From: Candidatus Thorarchaeota archaeon
GTDB lineage: Archaea > Asgardarchaeota > Thorarchaeia > Thorarchaeales > Thorarchaeaceae
Assembly: GCA_016839605.1 (NCBI GenBank)
Contig: JAEOTX010000100.1
Span: 1 to 49,224, forward strand
DNA: 49,224 bases
Direction of reading: 5' to 3'
In this document: in pieces, positions 8,952-17,854 of the stretch
Numbering within the stretch: position 1 is the stretch's first letter
Layout of the letters: each line of letters begins with the position of its first letter
Program-made: the position numbers and the translations under genes
The notes under the pieces: model-generated
The model's database searches: none
Told to the model about the DNA's origin: nothing
What the model saw: only the letters and a program-made list of their open reading frames with translations

Positions 8952-10103
8952 GTGATGCTAGTTGAGATGCGTGTAATGCAGTTCACTCCCCAGAGAATTG
9001 AACGAGTTCATCGGGCCATGAAGAGCGAGAACGTGGAGGCTCTTCTAGTGACAAGAAGGCAGGACGTTCGATATCTGACAGGCTATGAGAGTCCTACCAA
9101 TACACTTCCTACGGGGTGCGTTGTGATTATCGATGAACAGCCTCAGCTAGTGATGTCCAGCCTACAGCATGAAGCACTTGGGCAGAATTCCATAATGGCT
9201 CGAGTTCATCCACTGGACGACAAGCCCTTCGATGAGTGGGGTCTCTATCGCAGCGCGATGTTCTGGGACTCAATAGTCAAGATCCTTGAGGATGCCAGCG
9301 TAGAGAATGGCATGATAGGTCTCCAGCAGGAACGCCTCTCTGTAAAGGAGTTCGAGTATCTCAAGACGAAGGTTCCCGGCGCTGGTTTCAAAGACCTCTC
9401 TTCCTTGCTCTGGAGGCTAAGACAGGTCAAAGATGATGCAGAAATTGAGGCAATCCGCAAAGCAGTCAAAGTGGCTGAGATCGGGATTCGAACGGCTCTT
9501 GAGATCATCGCCCCAGGAAAGACAGAGGCTGATGCATCCATCGAAATAGAAGCAGCAATGAGGGCGGCTGGTGGCCAACTGAGAGGTATCAGGGCTGCAG
9601 TCTTATCAGGGAAACGAGGAAGATTTCCTTTCGCTCAACCAACAGCCAACAGGATTGGTGGAAACGAGCCAGTCGTTATTGATGTTACCGTCAGCGAATC
9701 AGGATACTTTGCTGAAGTTGCTAGAACATTACATACCGGTGTGCCAAAAGAGACTCAACAAAAGGCATACGATGCAGTCTTGCGAGCCTGCAAAGCTGCT
9801 GAGGATAAAATGTCAGCGGGCACAGGAGTTTCGGACGTCTATGGAAGAGTAGCAAAGAAACTAGGCAAGAAGACCCCTATCGGAAGTTTCCTACAGCCAT
9901 TGGGGAACTCGATCGGCCTTGATCTTCAGGAACCTCCTCTAATGGTATCATTCAGCAAAGCCTCACTCAGAGAGGGAATGGTCCTTTCACTTCACCCTAC
10001 ATATTATCACGAGGGAGTAGGTGCTGCGAAGATCGGTGATATGTTTCTTATTACCTCTGATGGTTATGAGAATCTGTCAACTATATCTAGAGAAACAATG
10101 TGA
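8952..10103 (+). CDS. M24 / Xaa-Pro peptidase-fold protein (creatinase-N plus pita-bread domain), probably catalytically inactive
   Basis: DVRYLTG, LRQVKD..EI..IRKA, GY.AEVART, LGNSIGL..QEPP, GMVLSLHP, KIGD; metal ligands substituted. Confidence 0.85.
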   Translation: MMLVEMRVMQFTPQRIERVHRAMKSENVEALLVTRRQDVRYLTGYESPTNTLPTGCVVIIDEQPQLVMSSLQHEALGQNSIMARVHPLDDKPFDEWGLYRSAMFWDSIVKILEDASVENGMIGLQQERLSVKEFEYLKTKVPGAGFKDLSSLLWRLRQVKDDAEIEAIRKAVKVAEIGIRTALEIIAPGKTEADASIEIEAAMRAAGGQLRGIRAAVLSGKRGRFPFAQPTANRIGGNEPVVIDVTVSESGYFAEVARTLHTGVPKETQQKAYDAVLRACKAAEDKMSAGTGVSDVYGRVAKKLGKKTPIGSFLQPLGNSIGLDLQEPPLMVSFSKASLREGMVLSLHPTYYHEGVGAAKIGDMFLITSDGYENLSTISRETM

Positions 10104-10104
10104 T

Positions 10105-10716
10105 TTAGGGTGAGATTTGCCATCGCTTTAGTTTCCGGAAGACCTGCGAGATAGTTTCTGCTCTTTCAGATTGCTTTTCCACTTCTTCCCGCGAGAGTTC
10201 TCGAATCTGAGATGCTGGTACTCCTGAATTGAGGCTCCTAGGAGGGATAACCACATTGGCGGGAACAATGCTACCTGGTGCTAGCCTAATTCCCTCGCCG
10301 AGTGTAGCTCCATCAAAGATTACACATCCTTCGCCCACGTTTGTACTGTCTCCAATGTATACTCCATGAATGACTGAAGCGCTCCCAATTGTGCTCAGAC
10401 TCCCGATGATTGTAGGATTCTCTTCTGAGTGGGCATGAATCACAACACTGTCCTGAACACATGTATTCGCTCCAATGCGGACTGCAGCTTGATCGCCTCG
10501 TATCACAGCTCCTGGCCAAATGCTTGCACCAGAATCGATTTCAACATCGCCAACTATTGTGGCCTGCTCACTAACATAGGCATTAGGATCAATTTTTGGG
10601 TTCTTATCAGCAAATGGAAGAATAGGCAGGATATCCACCTCATCGGACTGTATTCTAGCATTGTTGTTGATTAGACGAATATAAAACATCACATGACATT
10701 GGCCAGTGGAATTCAC
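10105..10716 (-). CDS. Gamma carbonic anhydrase / CaiE-PaaY-like left-handed beta-helix protein
   Basis: P.ID..AYV..ATIVGDV.I, IWPGAVIRGD, CVQDSVVIH hexapeptide repeats; true start probably near 10638. Confidence 0.85.
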   Translation of the reverse strand: MNSTGQCHVMFYIRLINNNARIQSDEVDILPILPFADKNPKIDPNAYVSEQATIVGDVEIDSGASIWPGAVIRGDQAAVRIGANTCVQDSVVIHAHSEENPTIIGSLSTIGSASVIHGVYIGDSTNVGEGCVIFDGATLGEGIRLAPGSIVPANVVIPPRSLNSGVPASQIRELSREEVEKQSERAETISQVFRKLKRWQISP

Positions 10717-11102
10717 TGCGGGAAGAATTGCTGGATTACTGCTTCAAAGTGCTCTGCTGGTCTCTTGCCAAATAATCGATTAGTCTTCTTCTTGAGGCGG
10801 CCACTTGGATCATCAAATTCTGCGGGCTCTCCATCAAGGAATACCAATATACAAGGCAATCCAGAGATGTCGTGCTTTCGACTGTAATTCGGAAACTTTT
10901 GCACGTTTATCTGGATGAATGAAACCTCAGGATTGTCACTGTATTTTTCGTCAAGCTCAACCAGTGTGGTCGTAAGAGCCTTGCAGGGTTCACACCATGG
11001 TGCCCAGCAGTCCACGAAAGTTAGACGTGCTTCATTTATGGTGTAATCAATGTCATCGATGGTGACCTCGCGAAGCAACAATATCTCTCCGATCATTGCC
11101 AT
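10713..11102 (-). CDS. Thioredoxin-family protein (WCEPC)
   Basis: VDCWAPWCEPC active site; GLP cis-Pro region. Confidence 0.85.
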   Translation of the reverse strand: MAMIGEILLLREVTIDDIDYTINEARLTFVDCWAPWCEPCKALTTTLVELDEKYSDNPEVSFIQINVQKFPNYSRKHDISGLPCILVFLDGEPAEFDDPSGRLKKKTNRLFGKRPAEHFEAVIQQFFPQ

Positions 11103-11204
11103 CAGTCAATGAAATCCCTATGAATCTTGCTGCAACTGATGTGATTAGAAATAGAAGAAGTAGCCCGGTAGACCCCATAAGGTCAGACTGGGTATATGGT
11201 TTTT

Positions 11205-11561
11205 CTAAGCTTCAGCAAGTAGCTCTTCTACAATCTGCGTGTACACTTCTGGCGGCATGACTCCCACAAGTCTGTCGATCTTCTTTCCTGCGCCATCATC
11301 AAATACGACACGCTTACCCTCACTGTAGACGAACACGCTTGGAACCCCTGTGACACGATTGCTCATGCTGAACTCCCTGTTTTGATCCACATCCAGCTTG
11401 ACAACCTTGAGCCCCTTGCCCGCGTACTTCTCATCTAGCTCTTCGAGAATCGGGGATAGGGTCCTGCAAGGACCACACCATACTGCGTGACAATCCAGAA
11501 AAACAACCTTGTGGTCGCTTACAACCTTATCTAATTCGTCAGATTTTATCTCTTTAACCAT
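11205..11561 (-). CDS. trxA: Thioredoxin (WCGPC)
   Basis: LDCHAVWCGPC, KLDVD, GVPS; ATG at 11561 with GGGAGA upstream. Confidence 0.9.
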   Translation of the reverse strand: MVKEIKSDELDKVVSDHKVVFLDCHAVWCGPCRTLSPILEELDEKYAGKGLKVVKLDVDQNREFSMSNRVTGVPSVFVYSEGKRVVFDDGAGKKIDRLVGVMPPEVYTQIVEELLAEA

Positions 11562-11695
11562 GTAACTGTCATCTCCCTGCGAACGGAGCGATTGTGCGTT
11601 CTCTCTGAACAACCGTTAAAAGTCTTGCTGTATTTGCAGAAGACCGTCCTCCTGCCAAACTTTGATAAGTTCAACAAAGTGAGGTCGCAGGAACG

Positions 11696-14347
11696 GTGGT
11701 CATCGTGCCTGTACTTCACTGCCCAAAGTGTGGCTCAAAGCTGTACATCAAGAAGGGCGGCCACATATGGACAGTAAGATGCTCAACCTGCCAAGTAGAG
11801 ATTCTAGAGGATGGTCAGAGGAAGGACCTCTTTGATGCTTATGATGCATATTCAAGGGCTCTGAAGGAAGGGACAATCACACCATCTTCTGGGACCAAAT
11901 CCAGAGCAAGAGTCTCGGCGAGCACTGAATCCCCACCCAGTTCAGTCCGAGCCAGACGTACTAGAGGCATGCGGGTTCAGTCTGAAGAGGAGATTACACG
12001 ACTTGTAGAAGATGGTGGAGCTCTGCTAGACACGATTACTGATTCAGTGAAATCGATTGTTGGGAGCGGGCAAGACTATCTTGTGAAGTACAGGTTCATA
12101 CCATCCTCTGACGCGGAATACGGCCGAGACCTCGAAGCAGTAAAGATACCCACAAGACTGAGAGAGTTGCTGGCTAGAAAGGGAATAACACAGCTTTACA
12201 GATTTCAGGATGAATCATTCGAAGCCATACTTGCTGGGGAGGATGTTGTCATTGCAGCTCCAACGGCACAGGGCAAGACTGAGGCGTTCATACTCCCAAT
12301 TATCCGAAAGCTGCTCATAACAATTAAAGACTCATTCATGGACTCAGGAATCAGAGCACTTCTAATCTATCCCACAAAGGCATTAGCTCGGGATCAGTAC
12401 GACAAGATCATTGAGATGTGCAAAGCATCCGGTGTGAGCGTGGGTATCTTTGATGGTGATGTGTCTCAGAGTCAGAGACAAAAAATCTATTCAGCCCCCC
12501 CAGATATACTTCTCACTAATCCGGATGTTCTCCACTATCATCTTGGGTGGACAAGCTCACGTCTAGTTCCACTCCTGCACACCGTGAGATATGTGGTCCT
12601 AGATGAAATCCATCTATACACAGGATCAATGGGTGCTAATGTCTACTACATCCTGAAACGTCTTGAGCTTGAAGCTGGTGCGTTTCAGAAGATTGGAGCG
12701 TCAGCCACAATATCAAATCCAAAGGAGTTCGCTGACCAATTATTCGACAACGAAGTGCGCTTAATCGAGTCTGAGAGCGCAAAACGAGGTCCAATTCACT
12801 TCACAATGTTCTACCCTGGTAATCGAAGCAAATATACCATGATTGTTGACATAGTGAGGAGGCTACAAGAGGGCGGGTTCAAGACGCTGGTGTTTGGGAA
12901 CACCCACTCTGAGGCTGAAGTCCTAAACATGCTCATCAGAGATACCGGTGTTAGATCTATGGTACATAGAGCAGGACTCACCAAGAAGTATCGTAGTGAA
13001 GTCGAATCTCAGTTCAAATCAGGCGACCTTCATTGTCTGGTGTCAACTCCCACTCTTGAGCTTGGAATAGACATTGGCGACCTCGACAGTGTCGTGAGTA
13101 TGATTGTGTCGATAACACGACTGACTCAAAGGATTGGTCGGGCAGGGAGAAAGGGTCAGGAAAGTGTCGCAGTGTTGGCTCTCCGCGAAAACGACCCTAT
13201 TTCCTCATTCTACAGGCATGAACCAGAGAAATACTTCACAGACATTGATGCAGCCTACATGGAGCCTGAAAATGAGGTGGTCGGGTTTTATCAGCTCATT
13301 GCTGCGGCCATGAGTGGCAAGTTGAACGTTTCGATGCTCCCTCGGCAGGAGAAGATCATTGATACTCTAGTAGAGGAGGGTCTCGTTCGTGTAGAGGATG
13401 ATGGTAGGGTACGTATTGCAGACTTTGAGTCAGCTCAAAGGAAATGGAGAGGCTACAGTATACGCGGAATCGGCGACACAATCCAGATCAAGCTGGATAA
13501 GAAGACCCTCGGTCAAAGATCAATGCCAATGGCTGCACAAGAATTGCATCCGGGTGCGATCTATCTCCATGGCGGCCGGAATTACATGTCGGTAGACTTC
13601 CGGTACACCCCAGGCTTTGGAAGAGCCAAAGTGGTCCCATTTACAGACCGAAGTGTGCACACAAAGCCGCTTTACTCTACCATGCCTAAGATAATGGACA
13701 TTTTAGAAGAGCAGAAGACTCTCGGCATGAACGTCATCTATTGCACCCTTGAGATGACTCAGACAGTATACGGTTTTGTAAAGAAAGAAACCAGGTCCGG
13801 AAAGGTGGTTGGGCGGTCCGATTTAGCCACCCCTCTCACTTACAAGTATACAACTCGAGGGCTTGCATTTGGTGCGCCAGAGCCTGTGAGAACAGTCAAT
13901 GATTACATTGATGGTAAACTCCTGGGTGCCAAAGGAACACGTATGGGCCCCGCGGAGCTGTATGGTGGGTCTTTCCATGCACTTGAACACGTTGTGATTG
14001 AGTCAAGTGACATGCTAACCGGAGGAAGCACAAGAGAGATTGGCGGAGTATCCATGGGTGACTCTGGTATCATTTTTGTCTATGATGGTAGTCCTGGAGG
14101 AAATGGTGCCTCAAAGCTATTATTCACTCGGCTAGATGAGGCATTCAAACGAACAAAAACGATACTGGAGAAATGTGACTGCAAGACTATTGACGGATGT
14201 CCTCTCTGCACCTACTCATATCAATGTGGGAATAACAACCGACCTCTCTTTAAGCTCGGTGCACTAGAAAGTGTGAATCTCATTCTTGGAAACGCCAAGA
14301 CAGAGGTCGACACAAAGGGGTATGCGGGATATGAACCACTTGTCTAG
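11696..14347 (+). CDS. Hrq1/YprA/SftH-type DEAH-box helicase with C-terminal DUF1998 Zn domain and N-terminal zinc ribbon
   Basis: APTAQGKT, YPTKALARDQ, DEIH, SAT, STPTLELGIDIG, QRIGRAGR, HALEH, YDGSPGGNG, CDC..GCPLC. Confidence 0.9.
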   Translation: MVIVPVLHCPKCGSKLYIKKGGHIWTVRCSTCQVEILEDGQRKDLFDAYDAYSRALKEGTITPSSGTKSRARVSASTESPPSSVRARRTRGMRVQSEEEITRLVEDGGALLDTITDSVKSIVGSGQDYLVKYRFIPSSDAEYGRDLEAVKIPTRLRELLARKGITQLYRFQDESFEAILAGEDVVIAAPTAQGKTEAFILPIIRKLLITIKDSFMDSGIRALLIYPTKALARDQYDKIIEMCKASGVSVGIFDGDVSQSQRQKIYSAPPDILLTNPDVLHYHLGWTSSRLVPLLHTVRYVVLDEIHLYTGSMGANVYYILKRLELEAGAFQKIGASATISNPKEFADQLFDNEVRLIESESAKRGPIHFTMFYPGNRSKYTMIVDIVRRLQEGGFKTLVFGNTHSEAEVLNMLIRDTGVRSMVHRAGLTKKYRSEVESQFKSGDLHCLVSTPTLELGIDIGDLDSVVSMIVSITRLTQRIGRAGRKGQESVAVLALRENDPISSFYRHEPEKYFTDIDAAYMEPENEVVGFYQLIAAAMSGKLNVSMLPRQEKIIDTLVEEGLVRVEDDGRVRIADFESAQRKWRGYSIRGIGDTIQIKLDKKTLGQRSMPMAAQELHPGAIYLHGGRNYMSVDFRYTPGFGRAKVVPFTDRSVHTKPLYSTMPKIMDILEEQKTLGMNVIYCTLEMTQTVYGFVKKETRSGKVVGRSDLATPLTYKYTTRGLAFGAPEPVRTVNDYIDGKLLGAKGTRMGPAELYGGSFHALEHVVIESSDMLTGGSTREIGGVSMGDSGIIFVYDGSPGGNGASKLLFTRLDEAFKRTKTILEKCDCKTIDGCPLCTYSYQCGNNNRPLFKLGALESVNLILGNAKTEVDTKGYAGYEPLV

Positions 14348-14355
14348 AAAATGAG

Positions 14356-16305
14356 ATGATTGAAATGACGAAGTTCTTGATTGCCAGAGGTCATGACGGA
14401 CCGGCTCGCGTAGGTTCCTATTCGATGGGTGAGATGGCAATCAGCACACCAGTCCTAATAGGACCCTCTCAAGCAGAATCTCTTGCTCTGCGCTACAACA
14501 CCTATGAGAGGTCCGAACTTCTCAAAGACACCCCTATGGTTGTAGCAATACCAGGCATCAAAGACATTCTGCTCACTAACCTACGTGAGTATGATTCAAT
14601 ATTGCTTCCTTCTTTGATAGGTGATGAGATTCTTGGCGTAGAGGCTGGGAAGCTCCTACTGCAGCAGCAAATGTCTTTCATTAAGGAACAGGAGATTACA
14701 CCATCAAGTGCTATAGTACGAGTGCCAGCATCTCTTGATTCAGAGTCGCTTCGTCAGGGATTGCAGCAATTCAGTCAAGCTGGAGTGAGAGCCGCTGCCT
14801 TTCGATTCACTGGAGCCCTCGGCCCTACTGATTTCCAAATGCTCATTCTTCGGAGTCAAATCCCCCGTAATTGGTTCGCACTAGCGATTGGTCGTATTGA
14901 TCCTCACTCACTACCGTTGATGCATTACCTCGGGTTCGACGCCATTGATTCGAGCCGTGCATTTGAAGCAGCTACACAAGGAATCAGATTATGGCGCATG
15001 GGTTCAGAGCAGCTGACTGATGGGGAGAGTGCTAGACATTGTTCCTGTTCAGCTTGCACATCACATTCGGACATCAATAGCTTGGACAATGACCGCCTAA
15101 TCGAAACTCTGATGAAACACAATCTATCGACATATCAGATGCTGCTCTCTGAGAGTATTCAGGCAATGCGGTCGGGGCGGTTGCGATGGCTAGTTGAATC
15201 GTTTACGCATGCTACGCCTTCTATGGCATCTATTCTTAGAAAGATCGATAGAGATCTGTATTCATTCTTGGAGGAATTTACGCCTACCGTGGGAAAATCC
15301 CTGATGCCTCTCATCGGTCCGGAATCGTACAATTCCCCTGCAATCAGACGTTTTCGTGATAAAGTGGCTTCGCGCTTCAAGCCGCCAGTTCATAAGAAGC
15401 TCGTCTTGCTTCTGCCATGTTCAGCAAGGAAGCCCTACTCTGACTCAAAATCGCACAAGCGATTTGCCAGAACAATGGATTATGCAATTGGAACTGCAAG
15501 GTATGGTATTGCTGAAACAATTCTGACATCGCCACTAGGAGTCATTCCGAGGGAGTTGGAACGGATTCATCCAGTAGCGCAGTATGATATTCCCGTGACC
15601 GGAGATTGGGACAGTGAAGAGACCGCTATTGCAGTCCGAGCACTCACAACGCATATGGGAAAATTCGAAGAGTCTGTCGTTGTTGTAGCACATGTATCTG
15701 GTGGTTATCTCGATATTGTGAAGAACGCAGAAGACAATCTCAAACAGACACTGATCTATACCTCTTCAAATGACCGAGCTACAAGTGGAGCCTCACTTGA
15801 CCTACTTGATGAGACGCTTAGAGATATGCGCGAATTAGTCCTTGATGGTGAACATCGGCGTAGCGACCTCGAAGACACACTTCGTGCCACGGCTGATTAT
15901 CAGTTTGGTTCAGGTGCAGGTGGGTTACTTATTCCAGAGGGTGCTGGCCTAAGAGGTAAGCTGTATAGAACGGTCATCTGCCAGATTGATAGAGAGCAGA
16001 TATGTGCTTACAACGCCGCTTCTGGAATGCTGTCACTAACCCTTGCAGGCGCGCGAAGAATCGCAGACTTGGGTCAAAGCTGGATTCGCTTTGAAGGGCA
16101 GGAGGTCAAGGGTGGGTCGATTTTTGCGGTTGGAGTGAAAGAGGCAGACTCTGGCATTCGCCCCGGAGATGAGGTCATTATCATTGACCGGGGTGAAAAT
16201 GTAGTTGCAGTCGGTCGAAGTGAAATGTCTGGCAGTGAGATGTGCGAGTTTGAGAAAGGCAGGGCAGTGACAGTTCGCCACAAGTTGGGGGTGACACCAA
16301 AATGA
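14356..16305 (+). CDS. arcS: Archaeosine synthase alpha subunit (TGT-like, DUF5591, PUA)
   Basis: HDGPARVG N-term, CSC..C, LLPCSARKPYS.SKSH, TSPLGVIPRELE, YDIPVTGDW, ADYQFG, C-terminal PUA domain. Confidence 0.9.
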   Translation: MIEMTKFLIARGHDGPARVGSYSMGEMAISTPVLIGPSQAESLALRYNTYERSELLKDTPMVVAIPGIKDILLTNLREYDSILLPSLIGDEILGVEAGKLLLQQQMSFIKEQEITPSSAIVRVPASLDSESLRQGLQQFSQAGVRAAAFRFTGALGPTDFQMLILRSQIPRNWFALAIGRIDPHSLPLMHYLGFDAIDSSRAFEAATQGIRLWRMGSEQLTDGESARHCSCSACTSHSDINSLDNDRLIETLMKHNLSTYQMLLSESIQAMRSGRLRWLVESFTHATPSMASILRKIDRDLYSFLEEFTPTVGKSLMPLIGPESYNSPAIRRFRDKVASRFKPPVHKKLVLLLPCSARKPYSDSKSHKRFARTMDYAIGTARYGIAETILTSPLGVIPRELERIHPVAQYDIPVTGDWDSEETAIAVRALTTHMGKFEESVVVVAHVSGGYLDIVKNAEDNLKQTLIYTSSNDRATSGASLDLLDETLRDMRELVLDGEHRRSDLEDTLRATADYQFGSGAGGLLIPEGAGLRGKLYRTVICQIDREQICAYNAASGMLSLTLAGARRIADLGQSWIRFEGQEVKGGSIFAVGVKEADSGIRPGDEVIIIDRGENVVAVGRSEMSGSEMCEFEKGRAVTVRHKLGVTPK

Positions 16306-17402
16306 GCAGGATGCCTGAAGGGCTCAAGGAAATAATCACAAAGGCTAGCCTGAGCGCACGAGGTAGTTCTCTTTCACGAATTCGCAAGAAAGCTCTGTCA
16401 GAACCCGCAGCCAAATGGGTGGCTCAAAGTCGCATAGGCGATGAGGTGGGTCAAGCACTATCTGTAGTACTGGCCACCCCGGGGTGTACTCATGCTCGAG
16501 GTGAGAAAGGTGGCTGTACCATGTGCAGCTATATTTTGGATGGTGCAAGTCAAAAGGTGTCATCAGAAAACCTCATTCTGCAATTCCAGCATGCTATGGC
16601 TTCACTAGAGGGACTCTCCGGGCCAATCTCGGTTAAGGTGTATACGAGTGGTAGCTTTCTAGATCCCGATGAAGTTTCTTTGGAAGCAAGAGTTGAGATT
16701 CTGAAAGATATAGCTATAGACGACCGTGTTCGTCAAGTGGTAATTGAGTCACGTCCTGAGTTCGTGACTGATGAAGCAGCGGAGCTTGTTCGTGAGAGTC
16801 TAGGCGATAGAGAGATCGAGATGGCAATTGGCCTTGAGAGTATTGATGATGAAGTACGGTCTTTCTGTATCAACAAGGGCTTCTCACTTAGCGAGTTCGA
16901 AAAGGCAGTGAGAACTGCATCAGCTCATGACATTGGAACTAGGGCATATGTGCTAATCAAGCCTCCCTTTCTCACAGAACGTGATGCTCTTCTTGATTCG
17001 ATTCGGACAATCATTGATGCAGCAAAATTAGGTGTCACATCAATCTCTGCTAATCCTGTAAATATCCAGAAGCATACCCTCGTAGAGCGCATGTGGTCTA
17101 GAGGCACCTACAGACCTCCTTGGCTATGGACTGTGACGGAGATTCTCAAACAATCAAGAGATCAGGTGTCATCCAAAGTGAATATTGTCTGTGATCCTGT
17201 GGCAGCTGGCAAACCAAGAGGCACTCACAACTGCGGAAAATGTGACAGTGCATTCATCAAAGCCATTCGTCAGTTTTCGCTCGACCAGAATAGCAGGCAT
17301 TTAGAAGAACTCGAATGCGGCTGCAAGGCACAATGGAGTCATGTTCTAGATCATGAGGACTTTTCACAACTGGTGCATTCCTCTAGGTTCCGTATGCATT
17401 AG
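16302..17402 (+). CDS. raSEA: Archaeosine biosynthesis radical SAM enzyme RaSEA
   Basis: GC......GGCTMC, YTSGSFLD, ESRPE, IGLES, KPPFL.E, YRPPWLW, G.HNCGKC; ATGA overlap with arcS. Confidence 0.9.
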   Translation: MSRMPEGLKEIITKASLSARGSSLSRIRKKALSEPAAKWVAQSRIGDEVGQALSVVLATPGCTHARGEKGGCTMCSYILDGASQKVSSENLILQFQHAMASLEGLSGPISVKVYTSGSFLDPDEVSLEARVEILKDIAIDDRVRQVVIESRPEFVTDEAAELVRESLGDREIEMAIGLESIDDEVRSFCINKGFSLSEFEKAVRTASAHDIGTRAYVLIKPPFLTERDALLDSIRTIIDAAKLGVTSISANPVNIQKHTLVERMWSRGTYRPPWLWTVTEILKQSRDQVSSKVNIVCDPVAAGKPRGTHNCGKCDSAFIKAIRQFSLDQNSRHLEELECGCKAQWSHVLDHEDFSQLVHSSRFRMH

Positions 17403-17462
17403 AAAACCCTTAAGAGAAACATATAGCGGTCCGTTCTATTCGGAAGTGACGAGGTCGTATCA

Positions 17463-17804
17463 ATGGCTGAGTATATTACTAGAGTTTCTGTCTGGTTCAA
17501 TAGTGAGGGTGCCTCTCCAAGTATTGTGATTAGCAAAATGCTTGAGTTGGGATTCATTCCTGTACGTGGAGCATATGATTTTGTTTACGAACATAAACAG
17601 GAAGACATGAGCGAATCTGATCTCAGCGAGTCGATTCTTGAGATTGCTGATGCTTTGCATAAAGCCCTGACGGGTTTCCGAGTCTTCTACACTCTTGACA
17701 CGCATTCCAGAGAAGATACCGAATACGTTCCTCTGGCTGATATTGATGCCGAACTAGATGCAACACGCAAAGAGTTAGCAGAGATGGAAAAAGAAGTAGA
17801 GTGA
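17463..17804 (+). CDS. Hypothetical protein
   Basis: GAGGT upstream; globular N-term (F.SEGASPS...LGF.P..G.YDF) with acidic helical tail. Confidence 0.7.
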   Translation: MAEYITRVSVWFNSEGASPSIVISKMLELGFIPVRGAYDFVYEHKQEDMSESDLSESILEIADALHKALTGFRVFYTLDTHSREDTEYVPLADIDAELDATRKELAEMEKEVE

Positions 17805-17808
17805 CCTA

Positions 17809-17836
17809 CTAGGCAAGGGGATTGCCCCCTGCCTAG
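17809..17836. terminator. Hairpin between convergent genes
   Basis: CTAGGCA-AGGGG-ATTG-CCCCC-TGCCTAG stem-loop. Confidence 0.45.
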
Positions 17837-17854
17837 CGGGAGGGTGGGTGAGTT

